Shown here: positions 37,530 to 47,488 of the stretch, piece by piece
Numbering within the stretch: position 1 is the first letter of the stretch
Layout of the letters: the number at the start of each line of letters is the position of its first letter
Sequence record: SRR2962707_3083
Strand: one strand, 5' to 3'
DNA: 55,542 bases
Notes under the pieces: generated by a model
The model's database searches: none
What the model was told of the DNA's origin: nothing
Seen by the model: only the letters and a program-made list of their open reading frames with translations
Position numbers and translations under genes: made by a program

Positions 37530-37743
37530 GCGGAGCTGTACGCCATCGCAGGTGCCTACGTTGCCGGCCTTTTCGCGCCACGCCGCACTTCGCCTGTCGC
37601 TCGATCCCGGAGCCAGGAGGTCAAAGAAGCCGCTCCGCAAGGCTACTGGAATGCTCACGGCAGATCAGACATTTGCGAATGTGGGAACCGACGCCATTCT
37701 GTTTTCCAGAGCGACGACCGTCTTGGCCGCCGCATTCAGCGAC
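37530..37743 (+). pseudogene. Scar of the hpa/hpc operon: CHM isomerase (HpaF/HpcD)-like fragment joined to aldolase (HpaI/HpcH)-like C-terminus
   Basis: Frameshifted AELYAIAGAYVAGLFA/TPHFA/LSL, then EVKEA and KATGMLTADQTFA-NVGTDAILFSRATTVLAAAF; lies where the HpaR target operon is expected. Confidence 0.6.
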
Positions 37744-37841
37744 ATCGACCGCGCAGGCCTCATCCCGGATGGCGCAGCGTGTGCTGAAAACCTCAAGCAG
37801 TTTTAATATTGAAATTCCAGTTTACTATTGCGTCCAATTGA

Positions 37842-37853
37842 TTAACACGTTAA
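37842..37853. promoter_or_regulatory. HpaR-like box TTAACACGTTAA upstream of the AraC gene
   Basis: TTAA-N4-TTAA, 10/12 identical to the 37507 box, within a putative TTGCGT...TAAAT promoter. Confidence 0.6.
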
Positions 37854-37963
37854 ATAGAATAGAGGGAAGGTTCGCAGCTGTGCTCGTCGGAGGAGGGGTG
37901 TAGCTGGAGGGTTAGCCGATTTCCCGAAAACGCTGGCGGGATCAGTGCGAGGAGGACATCGCC

Positions 37964-38911
37964 ATGCTCAACCACCATTCAGCGCGCTTACAGTATGCAA
38001 CCGACTCGGCATTCCAGTCGCTTGCTCGCGACATATTCGGAAACCTCGGTGTCGACTTCGCAAGCGATGAAGGTAACGCGGCGGAACTTCGCACAATCAC
38101 GCTGGGGCCGTGCCGGTTGTCCAGCGTGGAAGCCAGCAGTCATGCCGTGGACGGCGGGCGGGTTGTGCGGAATTCTCACGATCCCGATGCAATAAAGCTC
38201 ATTCTGCAGGCAGGCGGGCGATCGCGCATTCTACAAAACGACATATCGATTGATATCGGGCCTGGGAACTGGGTCGCCTATGACCCGACCCGGCCCTACA
38301 GCGTCGCGAACTTGTCGCCGGTGCGCCAATTGATCCTGCAGATGCCCCGGCACAATTTCTCGGCGGCTGTTCTGGAAGCACTGACTCGCCCCTGCGTCAT
38401 GGACGCGGCCGAACAAAGCCTGCATCGCGTGCTGTTCACAATGATGGAAGAAGCCCTTCAACAGGCCGACGGGTTTGACGAAGAGGGACAGAACTGCGTC
38501 GGAGAGACGCTATTCACCCTTGCAAAGACGCTTATTATGAGGACCGGTCCCAACGCGCTCGAGCGCAGTGCGGTATCCCTGAAGATCCTGCGTTCGAGGG
38601 TAAAGGCATATGTTGAGGCGAATTTGTCTCGCAGTGATCTCGATATCGCTGAACTCGCCCGAAAAATGGGATGCTCGCGGCGATATCTGTTCCGCGCATT
38701 CGAGCAGGACGAGACTACGCCTTCAGAGTACCTCTGGGGTGTGCGTCTGGACAAGGCCCGCGAACGCCTGATGTCTCCGCAGTTCAGGGCCAGTTCGATT
38801 TCGGAGATTGCCTTCTCGTGCGGGTTTTCCTCAAGCGCCCACTTCTCCCGTGCGGTTCGCAAGCGTTTCGATTGCTCGCCCAGCGAGATCCGGCATTGTT
38901 CGGTCTCGTAA
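37964..38911 (+). CDS. AraC family regulator, FeaR/MoaR-like (AraC-binding-like domain + HTH)
   Basis: YDPTRPY, SRRYLFRAF, RLDKARERL, ISEIAFSCGFSSSAHFSR; GAGGAGG RBS. Confidence 0.9.
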   Translation: MLNHHSARLQYATDSAFQSLARDIFGNLGVDFASDEGNAAELRTITLGPCRLSSVEASSHAVDGGRVVRNSHDPDAIKLILQAGGRSRILQNDISIDIGPGNWVAYDPTRPYSVANLSPVRQLILQMPRHNFSAAVLEALTRPCVMDAAEQSLHRVLFTMMEEALQQADGFDEEGQNCVGETLFTLAKTLIMRTGPNALERSAVSLKILRSRVKAYVEANLSRSDLDIAELARKMGCSRRYLFRAFEQDETTPSEYLWGVRLDKARERLMSPQFRASSISEIAFSCGFSSSAHFSRAVRKRFDCSPSEIRHCSVS

Positions 38912-38967
38912 AGTTGGCGAAATGAGGAGGCCGCTGCAAGGCAGCCCCACCGTGGGCATATCCCCGT

Positions 38968-39357
38968 TCAACGCATGGCTCGGGCGACAATGGCTGTATC
39001 CGCAAACTGCTCGAAGCGAACCACTTTTCCGTCCTCAACGGTCCACAGATGCACAACACGGGCGTTGAATGACTTGCCAGTGGCTTTTGAGGTCGCTGAA
39101 TAGCTCCCGACTCCGACGGCGTGGGAACCTGCATCGAGAAGTGTGTCGAGGGTGAAAGTGAACCCGTCAAACAGCCTCCCGAGCGCTACGAATACGTTGT
39201 CCCTGATTGCCCCGGGCCCGACATAGGTTCCCGCGCAGGGAAACCCCTCAGCTTCCGTCCAACGGGCCTGTGGGGATATTGGTGCGAGCATTCCGTCAAG
39301 ATCGCCGCGATCGCTTGCATCGTAGTGGCTCTTCACAACGTCATATGCTTTGGTCAT
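38968..39357 (-). CDS. NTF2/SnoaL-like family protein
   Basis: WTEAEGFPCAGTYVG, HLWTVEDGKVVRFEQFADT; 129 aa. Confidence 0.88.
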   Translation of the reverse strand: MTKAYDVVKSHYDASDRGDLDGMLAPISPQARWTEAEGFPCAGTYVGPGAIRDNVFVALGRLFDGFTFTLDTLLDAGSHAVGVGSYSATSKATGKSFNARVVHLWTVEDGKVVRFEQFADTAIVARAMR

Positions 39358-39371
39358 GTCATCTTCTTCCT

Positions 39372-40160
39372 TCAGACTGGTTCCTGGCCCGGCGAATAGT
39401 AAGTCATTGATGCCTTTCGAATGAACGCACCGGCAGGGTTGTTCGCTATGGCGCCATCTCCGGTGATTCCGAGAAATTTTCCGGTCGAACGGTTGTCGAT
39501 CAGATTATAGAAAAAGATGGATGCCACCGGGATCAGAAATTCCCGGAACGTGAAGACATACAGACTGTCATCGAACTTGTAGGTCGTCGCCATGTCCACA
39601 TCACCCTGGCCGCGCTGAACGCCGACAAGGTTCTGCCAGGCATAGCGCTTAGAAGAGAGATAGGTGTGTTCGTAGACGTGGTTGGGACTATAGGTGAAAT
39701 GTGCCCGCAGGCCGATGAGATCGCGTGTCTCGGCCGGCTCCGGTGCCGAAGGCGAAATGCCGGAAATGGTGCCGGGCCGGAACGCCTGATCGACCCGAGG
39801 ATCGCCCTTTGCCTCCTCCGCGCTGCGAATAGTGGCGTAGATCGATAGAACGCGTCCGGTTCGGGTGTTGACGACAAGGGTGTCGGACTCGCGCGGGCGC
39901 GATTTGAAGACGAGATCTATGAAATAAGTGTCCTGGGCCACCGCGATGACTTCGCACCAATCCGTGTCGGATGCGCCGTCGTCGGTCCAGGTGACTGCGT
40001 CCGACGCTTCGAACCGCAGGCTCAATTCACGGCCATCCGTAAACAACAGAGCGAAAGACATGCCCACAAGGGCATCGGTTCGAGGGAGTCTGTTATGGTC
40101 TATGCCGTCTGCGAAATCTTCGTAGTTTTTCCAGTCCGCGGGGCGCGGTTGTGCCGTCAT
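39372..40160 (-). CDS. moaF: MoaF family protein (function unknown; monoamine-regulon protein)
   Basis: YFIDL, TRDLIGLR, YSPNHVYEHTYL, WQNLVGVQRGQGDVD, LYVFTFRE; start ATG 40160. Confidence 0.8.
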   Translation of the reverse strand: MTAQPRPADWKNYEDFADGIDHNRLPRTDALVGMSFALLFTDGRELSLRFEASDAVTWTDDGASDTDWCEVIAVAQDTYFIDLVFKSRPRESDTLVVNTRTGRVLSIYATIRSAEEAKGDPRVDQAFRPGTISGISPSAPEPAETRDLIGLRAHFTYSPNHVYEHTYLSSKRYAWQNLVGVQRGQGDVDMATTYKFDDSLYVFTFREFLIPVASIFFYNLIDNRSTGKFLGITGDGAIANNPAGAFIRKASMTYYSPGQEPV

Positions 40161-40370
40161 GTTCTGTCCCATCCCGTTTTCTGAGAACCTAAGAGCGGGG
40201 AACCGTGCTGTCGCGCTTGCCCGGGAACTCAAGGTTGATCCACCGTGCAATTCATGCCCACCCGTCCGGGCGAGGGTTGAAAACCATGCGTTCCTTGCGG
40301 ACTAGGACTTGAGATGCGGGCCGCACAGCGACGGCTCCGCGCGGGGTTCCAGCTTGAGGAGGGATAGGGG

Positions 40371-41777
40371 ATGGATCGCTATGCGCTCATAATCGACGGT
40401 GGTAAGGTAGAGACGCCGGAGTATCGAGCGGTCATCAATCCGGCCGACGGATCGGTGGTTGGTCAAATGCCGCTGGCGACGGCGGCGGAACTCGATCGTG
40501 TGGTTGACGCTGCGCGCCGCGCTTTCCCCGAATGGCGCGATACAAGTGATGAACGGCGTAAGGCTCTCTGCCGCGCGGTCGCCGACGCCCTTGAGGAAAA
40601 AAAGGAAGAACTGGCCCGACTGCTGACAGCAGAACAGGGCAAGCCGCTTGCCAAACTCGGATCCAGATTTGAGATGGATGGTGCAATCGGGTGGACCCGA
40701 GCGACAGCCGAGCTGAATCTCCCCATCGAAGTGATCGAAGAGGCCGCGGATGGCCGGGTTGAGGTTCACCGCAAGCCCATAGGGGTCGTTGGATCGATCA
40801 CGCCCTGGAACTACCCGGTAATGATTGGTTGCTGGCACGTTATCCCTGCTATCCGTGCCGGCAATACGGTCGTCATCAAACCATCGCCATTGACGCCTTT
40901 GGCGACGATCCGCATGGTCGAGATCATGAACACCGTCCTGCCTCGCGGTGTAGTCAATGTGATTACCGGAGATGATGACCTCGCCGCCGAAATGAGCCGT
41001 CACCAAGGCTTTGACAAGATGGTGTTCACCGGGTCCACCGCGACCGGCAAGAAGGTTATGGCCTCGGCAGTCGATACTCTGAAGAGGCTGACCCTGGAGC
41101 TTGGTGGAAACGATGCCGGCATCGTATTGCCCGATGTTGACATCGCGTCCGCGGCCGAAGGCATCTTCTGGGGTGCGTTTCTCAACAATGGCCAGACTTG
41201 CGCAGCGCTCAAACGTCTCTACGTCCACGAATGCGTTTACGACGATGTGTGCGACGAACTCGTGCGCATCGCGGGAACGGCGAAGACCGGAAACGGGCTG
41301 GAGGCCGATACGGTCTTTGGTCCAGTACAGAACAAGGCTCAGTTCGATCATGTGTCGGAACTGGTCAACGATGCGCGCGCGAACGGTGGCAGGGTGCTGG
41401 TAGGGGGCAATCCGTTGGGCGGAGATGGCTACTTCTATCCCATCACGCTCGTTGCTGATGTCGACAACGGCGTACGTCTGGTGGATGAGGAGCAGTTTGG
41501 CCCCGTCCTCCCCATCATTCGATATGCCACGGTCGATGAGGCGCTGCAGAAAGCAAATGCGAGCCCATTCGGCCTTGGGGGTTCGGTGTGGTCGAGCGAC
41601 CTGGCAGCAGCCAAGGCTCTCGCCTCAAAGCTCGAATGTGGATCGGCCTGGGTAAACAATCATGGGGCGATCCAGCCCAACGCGCCGTTCGGCGGCGTCA
41701 AGCAGTCCGGTATTGGTGTGGAATTCGGCGCTGAGGGCCTGAAAGAGTTCACCGTTGTTCAAACAGTTTTTTCCTGA
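40371..41777 (+). CDS. Aldehyde dehydrogenase
   Basis: PWNYP, FTGS, LELGGND, NNGQTC, EEQFGP, PFGGVKQSG. Confidence 0.93.
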   Translation: MDRYALIIDGGKVETPEYRAVINPADGSVVGQMPLATAAELDRVVDAARRAFPEWRDTSDERRKALCRAVADALEEKKEELARLLTAEQGKPLAKLGSRFEMDGAIGWTRATAELNLPIEVIEEAADGRVEVHRKPIGVVGSITPWNYPVMIGCWHVIPAIRAGNTVVIKPSPLTPLATIRMVEIMNTVLPRGVVNVITGDDDLAAEMSRHQGFDKMVFTGSTATGKKVMASAVDTLKRLTLELGGNDAGIVLPDVDIASAAEGIFWGAFLNNGQTCAALKRLYVHECVYDDVCDELVRIAGTAKTGNGLEADTVFGPVQNKAQFDHVSELVNDARANGGRVLVGGNPLGGDGYFYPITLVADVDNGVRLVDEEQFGPVLPIIRYATVDEALQKANASPFGLGGSVWSSDLAAAKALASKLECGSAWVNNHGAIQPNAPFGGVKQSGIGVEFGAEGLKEFTVVQTVFS

Positions 41778-41791
41778 GCGGAGCGGCGATC

Positions 41792-43375
41792 ATGGACTTT
41801 GACTACGTTATTGTCGGCGGAGGGTCGGCAGGGTGCGTACTGGCGAACCGGCTTTCGCAGAACCCGGACCACAGCGTCCTGCTCATAGAGCGTGGCGGCA
41901 GAGACACCAGTCCCTGGATCCACATTCCCGCCACCTTCTTCAAGGTAATCGGCAAGGGGCGAGACGTTCACTTCTACACCTCGGACGCCGACGAGGGACT
42001 GGGCGGGCGGTCGACGATCGTTCCTCAGGGAAACGTCATCGGCGGCGGCAGCTCTCTCAACGCCATGGTCTATATTCGCGGGTCGGCAGCCGACTACGAC
42101 CACTGGGCGGATCTAGGCTGCACAGAATGGTCCTACGCCAAAGTGTTGCCGGTCTTTCGCGACCTCGAAGGCAATCAACGCCTATCGAACGGTTTTCATG
42201 GGGCACACGGCCCATTGAAGGTGTCCGACCGGCGGTTCGGCCACCCCTTAAGCTGGGCGTTTATAAGAGCTGCCCAGGAAGCGGGCCTATCTCACAATGA
42301 CGACTTCAATGGTCCGCACCAGGAAGGCGTTGGCTACTATCAGACGACAACTTTCGAAGGACGTCGGTGGAGCAGTGCGCGTGCCTTCCTGACTGAGGCT
42401 TGCAAGCGCAAGAATCTCGCGGTGATGACGAATGCCGAGGTTGCGCGGATCAAGTTCGACGGCAGAAGGGTCATCGGCGTTGCTCTGGTCGACGGAAGGG
42501 AAGTCAAGGTGCGACGTGAAGTCGTCTTATCCGCCGGCGGCGTTGCAAGCCCGAAGCTGTTGCAACTCTCCGGGATTGGCGATGCGAAACATCTCAAGGC
42601 GCATGGCATCGAAGTGGTGTCACATCTGCCAGGGGTAGGCGAGAACTATCAGGATCACCTGGAGGCCACTGTACAGGGCGAGGCAATCGGCCCTGTCGCC
42701 ATGGTGGGGCAGGACAAGGGAGCGGTAGCGGCCCGCCATATGTTGCAATACCTCCTGACTCGGACCGGGTTGTTGACGTCGACAATTGTCGAGAGTGGCG
42801 GCTTTGCCGATACCAACGGCGATGGAATTCCGGACGTACAGTTCCACGTATTGCCATCGTTCACCGGGTTCGCCGACCGTCAGCCGAGGCCGGGGCATGG
42901 AATTTCCATCAATCCGTGCTTTCTGCGGCCCAGGTCGAGGGGTACCGTCAAGCTACGCTCGTCAGATGCACGCGATTCGGCGGATTTCCGGGCCAATTCC
43001 CTGGCTGTCCAGGAAGATGTCGATACGCTTGTGCGCGGGGTCAGGCTGGCGATGAAAATCCTCGACGCGCCCTCGCTCAAGGCTCTTATAAAGCGACGTG
43101 TGATGCCCGAGATCGGGCTGGAGAACGACGTTGCGGCGCTTGGGAGTTATGTGAGGTCGGTCGCAAAGACCGTGTTTCATCCCTCGGGAACTTGCAAGAT
43201 GGGCGTGGATGGGGATCCACTGGCCGTTGTTGATCAGAAACTGAGCGTAAGAGGCGTCGAAGGGCTACGCGTCGCGGACACATCGATCTTTCCCACCTTG
43301 GTCTCTGGTAACACCAACGCCCCCGCAATGATGATTGGGGAGCGCGCTGCGCGGTTCATGCTGCGCCGCACCTAA
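41792..43375 (+). CDS. GMC oxidoreductase (choline dehydrogenase-like)
   Basis: GGGSAG, GGGSSLNAMVYIRG, GENYQDH, FHPSGTCKMG, GNTNAP. Confidence 0.93.
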   Translation: MDFDYVIVGGGSAGCVLANRLSQNPDHSVLLIERGGRDTSPWIHIPATFFKVIGKGRDVHFYTSDADEGLGGRSTIVPQGNVIGGGSSLNAMVYIRGSAADYDHWADLGCTEWSYAKVLPVFRDLEGNQRLSNGFHGAHGPLKVSDRRFGHPLSWAFIRAAQEAGLSHNDDFNGPHQEGVGYYQTTTFEGRRWSSARAFLTEACKRKNLAVMTNAEVARIKFDGRRVIGVALVDGREVKVRREVVLSAGGVASPKLLQLSGIGDAKHLKAHGIEVVSHLPGVGENYQDHLEATVQGEAIGPVAMVGQDKGAVAARHMLQYLLTRTGLLTSTIVESGGFADTNGDGIPDVQFHVLPSFTGFADRQPRPGHGISINPCFLRPRSRGTVKLRSSDARDSADFRANSLAVQEDVDTLVRGVRLAMKILDAPSLKALIKRRVMPEIGLENDVAALGSYVRSVAKTVFHPSGTCKMGVDGDPLAVVDQKLSVRGVEGLRVADTSIFPTLVSGNTNAPAMMIGERAARFMLRRT

Positions 43376-43568
43376 GGCGGTGTAGGCTTCCAAAAAAGCT
43401 TCTCTATGGAGAGGGCGTGTCGGAGACCAAGATCGCCGCCATCAGCCCCTGGCTCGCAATTCGAAACACATGTTGGGCCGTTCGATGAATGGGTCAGCGG
43501 CCAAAATGGTAGCGATCCCTGAAGAGATCCAAATTTGTGTGACCACTTCGCGGGATGTTGAATAGCGT

Positions 43569-44120
43569 TTAGACGTGCGTGGTAACCAGTGAGACTAGCC
43601 TATCAACGAAACGGTGCAGCAGCGCTTGAAACTGTTGGTCAAGCACTTTGCCATTTGCGTCGATGAGTTCATCGGTCACCCGCAGATAAAGCTCAGGCTG
43701 CGGAAGGGTAACAATGTCCAGATGTGTAAGAATGATACGCAAGTGTGACTGTGCAATCGCCGTTCCGATCGCGCCGGACGAGGCTCCAGCTATTGCAGCT
43801 ACCTTGCCCTGCCATGCGCTCTCACCATAGGGGCGCGATCCCCAGTCCAGTGCGTTCTTAAGGGCGGACGGCAAAGATCGGTTGTACTCGGGCGTTACGA
43901 TTAGAATGCCGTCGCAGGCCTTGATCTGCCTTTTCAGCCGCAGGACGGTCCCTGGGAGCTCGGTGTCAAGATCACGATTGTACAGAGGCAGGTCGCCAAT
44001 GCTGATAGGATCGAAATCGAGACGGCCGATCGCTGTATTGCCGATGGCCAGTGCGAGCCGGTGGTTGATCGAATGGGAACTCAGGCTGCCCACCAGAAGT
44101 GCGATGGTCGGTGCGCTCAT
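43569..44120 (-). CDS. NAD(P)H-dependent FMN reductase (ChrR/YieF-like)
   Basis: LVGSL, LPLYNRD, TPEYNRS, LKNALDWGSRP; start ATG 44120 (ATGA overlap). Confidence 0.9.
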   Translation of the reverse strand: MSAPTIALLVGSLSSHSINHRLALAIGNTAIGRLDFDPISIGDLPLYNRDLDTELPGTVLRLKRQIKACDGILIVTPEYNRSLPSALKNALDWGSRPYGESAWQGKVAAIAGASSGAIGTAIAQSHLRIILTHLDIVTLPQPELYLRVTDELIDANGKVLDQQFQALLHRFVDRLVSLVTTHV

Positions 44121-44869
44121 CGAGTTCCCCGCAAGACAAGTTTGCCAAAGAGTGAGACCAGGCCAACAGCTATAGCGGCGTAAAGGACAATCAGCAGGAT
44201 CACCGCATAAAGCTGGTCCATCGAGAATACTGTGCCGTATTTCTTGACCAGCCCTCCTAGGCCGATGATCGCAATCAGCACTTCGCCGTTGATCAGGCCC
44301 TTGACCCCACGCGCAACGCCCAGTTTCAGGCCTGCAACGAAGTAGGGGGCTCCTGAGGGGAGTTGAAGGTCGCGCAGAAGCGGCCAACCTTTTGCACCAA
44401 ACGACCGCGCCATTTCGACAAGTGCAGGGTCGACGGATCGCACGGCGGTCGCCGCGTTCGTCGCAACGATGAAGACGGAAAACGCAATGACGGTGGCTAT
44501 CCGGGTTTCCGGCCCGATCCCGAACAGCATCATGAACACGGGAACGAAGGCGATCATCGGGGCCGACAGGCCGGCCTTCACATAAGGCGACATGGCGACG
44601 TCAATGGTGCGCGACAGACCGATCCCAATGCCGACGAGGCTGCCGACGGAAAGGGAAATGGCCAGGCCGACGAGCAGCGCAAGGGTGCTGTCCAGCAATG
44701 GCGCTGTCAGTTCCCCACGCGCCCACAGCCGGCCAAATGCCTGAAACACACTCGACAACGGGGGCAGCGTGAGGATGTTGGCCATCTGGCCGGCAATCTC
44801 CCATACGAGTGCCAGGCCGATGAGGGTCAAAAGGAATGGAAAGTTGAGGCGTCCGAAAAAACCGGTCAT
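44117..44869 (-). CDS. NitT/TauT-type ABC permease
   Basis: TM segments, LVEMARSFGA EAA motif. Confidence 0.9.
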   Translation of the reverse strand: MTGFFGRLNFPFLLTLIGLALVWEIAGQMANILTLPPLSSVFQAFGRLWARGELTAPLLDSTLALLVGLAISLSVGSLVGIGIGLSRTIDVAMSPYVKAGLSAPMIAFVPVFMMLFGIGPETRIATVIAFSVFIVATNAATAVRSVDPALVEMARSFGAKGWPLLRDLQLPSGAPYFVAGLKLGVARGVKGLINGEVLIAIIGLGGLVKKYGTVFSMDQLYAVILLIVLYAAIAVGLVSLFGKLVLRGTR

Positions 44870-45669
44870 TGGCGACCCTCGGTGCGCTCGTCCTTAATCA
44901 TTCCCCGCAGGCGATCCCAAACAAAACCCGTAAGTTCCACAAACCGTGGATCGCGCCGGGTTTCCTCGGTGCGGGGGCGTGGCAGATCGATCTCGATCAC
45001 ATCGGTGACGTGTCCGGGGCGTGCCCCCATTATGATAACGCGATCGGACAGGAACACGGCTTCATCCATCGCATGGGTGATGAACAGGACCGACAAATCC
45101 GTCTTGGACCAGACGTCGAGGAGTTCGGTCTGCAGTATCAGCCGGGTTTGCGCATCAATGGCCGAGAAGGGTTCGTCCATAAGCAGCACCTGTGGTGCAA
45201 CCGCGAGGGCGCGCGCCAAACCGACCCGCTGCTGCATGCCGCCCGAAAGTTCGCGCGGATAGGCATTGGCGAAGTCGGCAAGCCCCACCACTTCGAGCAG
45301 TTCGAGCGCCTTGCGATTTCGCTCGGCCCTGCCTTCCCCTCGCATTTTCAGCCCGAACGCCGCGTTGTCCAGTACGGTCATCCAGGGAAGCAAGGCGAAA
45401 GATTGGAACACGGTCGCACGTTCGGGGCCCGGCCCGTTCACCGTTTCACCGAAAACCTCGATTGCACCTTCGTCCCAGCCCAGAATTCCGCCAACCATCT
45501 TGAGCATCGTCGTCTTGCCGCAGCCGCTTGGGCCGATGATCGAAACGAATTCGCCGCGATTGACGTGCAGATTGACCTTTTCCAGCGCGCGCGTTTTCTG
45601 ACCGTTGGCTGCGACAAAGAACTTTGAGAGATCGCGAACAGCAATGGCCGATGCGTCAGGGGTGTTCAT
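44866..45669 (-). CDS. NitT/TauT-type ABC ATP-binding protein
   Basis: GPSGCGKT, LSGGMQQR, LMDEPFSAID; start ATG 45669. Confidence 0.93.
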   Translation of the reverse strand: MNTPDASAIAVRDLSKFFVAANGQKTRALEKVNLHVNRGEFVSIIGPSGCGKTTMLKMVGGILGWDEGAIEVFGETVNGPGPERATVFQSFALLPWMTVLDNAAFGLKMRGEGRAERNRKALELLEVVGLADFANAYPRELSGGMQQRVGLARALAVAPQVLLMDEPFSAIDAQTRLILQTELLDVWSKTDLSVLFITHAMDEAVFLSDRVIIMGARPGHVTDVIEIDLPRPRTEETRRDPRFVELTGFVWDRLRGMIKDERTEGRQ

Positions 45670-46475
45670 CGTGGGGTACTCCAACGGCTCAAGTGTTTTT
45701 CAAGTCGCTCAACAGCCGTCATGAGCACGACGCCGACGAGAACGATTGTAATTGCGATGGCCAGAACAGGCGCGACGCGGAAGCGTCCCTGCAATTCGGC
45801 AATCAGGCTGCCTATCCCCGCGCCGACGATGGTCAGCTCGGCGACAACCATGCCGATCAGGGCTTGTCCAAGTGCAATGCGAACGCCCGTCATTATGCCA
45901 GGCACCGCTGCCGGCAGAACGACGCCGAACATGACATCTCGTCTATTCGCGCCGTAGCTTTTCGCCATTTCGACGAGTGCGGGGTCAACACGGCGCACCG
46001 CGATAGCGCTGTTGATGACGACGTAGGAAATGCCGAACAGGACGATAATGGTCACCCTTGCTGCGAAGGTCAGTCCAAGCAGAGCCTGGACGACGGGCAC
46101 AAGCGCTATGATGGGGATGGCGACAAGGAAGGTGAAGTAAGGCGAAACCGCCCGGTCCACCAAAGGAATTCGGGCAATAACAACGCCGAGCGGGATGCCA
46201 ATTCCCAACATAATCGCCAGCCCGACGGCCAGCGACTGACCGGTAATGAGCAGCGCCATCGGCAACCGCCCATCTGCCATAAGGTCGACGAAGGCGCCAA
46301 ACGTTCGCGTGAATGTGGGGAACAGCAAGGCAACGCTATCGTCGCCTGCCATTTGCCACAACCCGATCAGCAGCACGAGCATGGTGCCGCGAATGGTGTA
46401 GCGACCGGCTTTTGAGGTGAGAAAGGACCGGAAACCATCAGTTCTGGCCCTTCCCGCATTAACACCTGAACTCAT
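45666..46475 (-). CDS. NitT/TauT-type ABC permease
   Basis: TM segments, LVEMAKSYGA, VVAEL. Confidence 0.9.
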   Translation of the reverse strand: MSSGVNAGRARTDGFRSFLTSKAGRYTIRGTMLVLLIGLWQMAGDDSVALLFPTFTRTFGAFVDLMADGRLPMALLITGQSLAVGLAIMLGIGIPLGVVIARIPLVDRAVSPYFTFLVAIPIIALVPVVQALLGLTFAARVTIIVLFGISYVVINSAIAVRRVDPALVEMAKSYGANRRDVMFGVVLPAAVPGIMTGVRIALGQALIGMVVAELTIVGAGIGSLIAELQGRFRVAPVLAIAITIVLVGVVLMTAVERLEKHLSRWSTPR

Positions 46476-47434
46476 CTCGAAGACAGAACCGCATCCAGAA
46501 TGGTTCGATCCACCACGTCCGCCGGGGCGCTGATCGTCTCGAATGGCTCGCCATCATTGTCAAAGAAGTCGATGGTGGCCTGCACCGAGGCGTCCGTAGG
46601 GCCGCCGTCCACCGGCCAGATTTCGGCAGCGACGAATGCATCGACAATTTGTGGCAGAACCTCGGGATCGATTTCGCCGAGCACCTCCAGGCCCTTTTCG
46701 ACGAGGAGTTGTGGGTTCTCGTAAATCTCCTGATAGACATCCAGATGGACGGTGATCCAGTCCTCGATGAGTTCGGGATTGGCTTCGATAAAGGCAGGAG
46801 GCGCGGCAAAGGCAGCGCGCATGATCGGAAGCGTTTTTGTGTAGTCGCTGGTCACTTCAAATGCGCCGGGCATTGCCTGCTGCAGCAGCGCCCAATCCTG
46901 CAGATCGATGACGCTGGCATCCAGTTGGCCCGCGACGAGCGCCGCCAATCGGTTGTCCGAGCCTTCGATCACGGTGATATTGGCGTTGGTTTCAGGGCAG
47001 GTCGCTGCCAGCCATTGAAGCGCCAGTTGCCCCACGAATGATCCCACAGAGTGAATGCCCAGGGCCTGACCCTCTAGAGACTCGCAACTGTCGAGACCCG
47101 AGCGGGCAACGAGCAGAAACTCGTTGGAGTTACCGGCCAGAAAAAACCGCGTGTCGAAGCCCTGATCAATCGCGTCCATAACTTGAGCGATAGCGGTGAT
47201 GTCAACATTTCCGGTCGCTGCGGCTTGCAACTGATTGTTATTTCCGCCGAGCTCCACGGCGTCAACCTCGTGCCCCATCTCATTGAGCCGGTCGATCGCT
47301 ATGGCGGTTGGCAGATAACCCACGGCCCAGCCGGAAAAGCCAAATGTCGCCTCCGCGGCCAGGGTCGGAGTTGTCAGCACGCATGCAGCGGCCAGACATG
47401 CCGCATGCACCTTCGTTTTACGTCCCGTACCCAT
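46472..47434 (-). CDS. NitT/TauT (SsuA/NMT1-like) substrate-binding protein
   Basis: Signal peptide, RLAALVAGQLDA, FIEANPE; first gene of the ABC operon; start ATG 47434. Confidence 0.85.
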   Translation of the reverse strand: MGTGRKTKVHAACLAAACVLTTPTLAAEATFGFSGWAVGYLPTAIAIDRLNEMGHEVDAVELGGNNNQLQAAATGNVDITAIAQVMDAIDQGFDTRFFLAGNSNEFLLVARSGLDSCESLEGQALGIHSVGSFVGQLALQWLAATCPETNANITVIEGSDNRLAALVAGQLDASVIDLQDWALLQQAMPGAFEVTSDYTKTLPIMRAAFAAPPAFIEANPELIEDWITVHLDVYQEIYENPQLLVEKGLEVLGEIDPEVLPQIVDAFVAAEIWPVDGGPTDASVQATIDFFDNDGEPFETISAPADVVDRTILDAVLSSR

Positions 47435-47488
47435 CGCTCGTTCCCTTTTCAGTGTTGAATACTGAGATTTAAGATTGATCACACTTGT

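Noticed and set aside
39372..40160. Molybdenum cofactor biosynthesis role for MoaF
   Set aside because: The name derives from the Klebsiella monoamine regulon; no Moco genes or molybdoenzymes are nearby.
40217..40323. Possible AraC/FeaR sites (CTCAAG...CTTGAG) between moaF and the ALDH gene
   Set aside because: Too short and degenerate to support.
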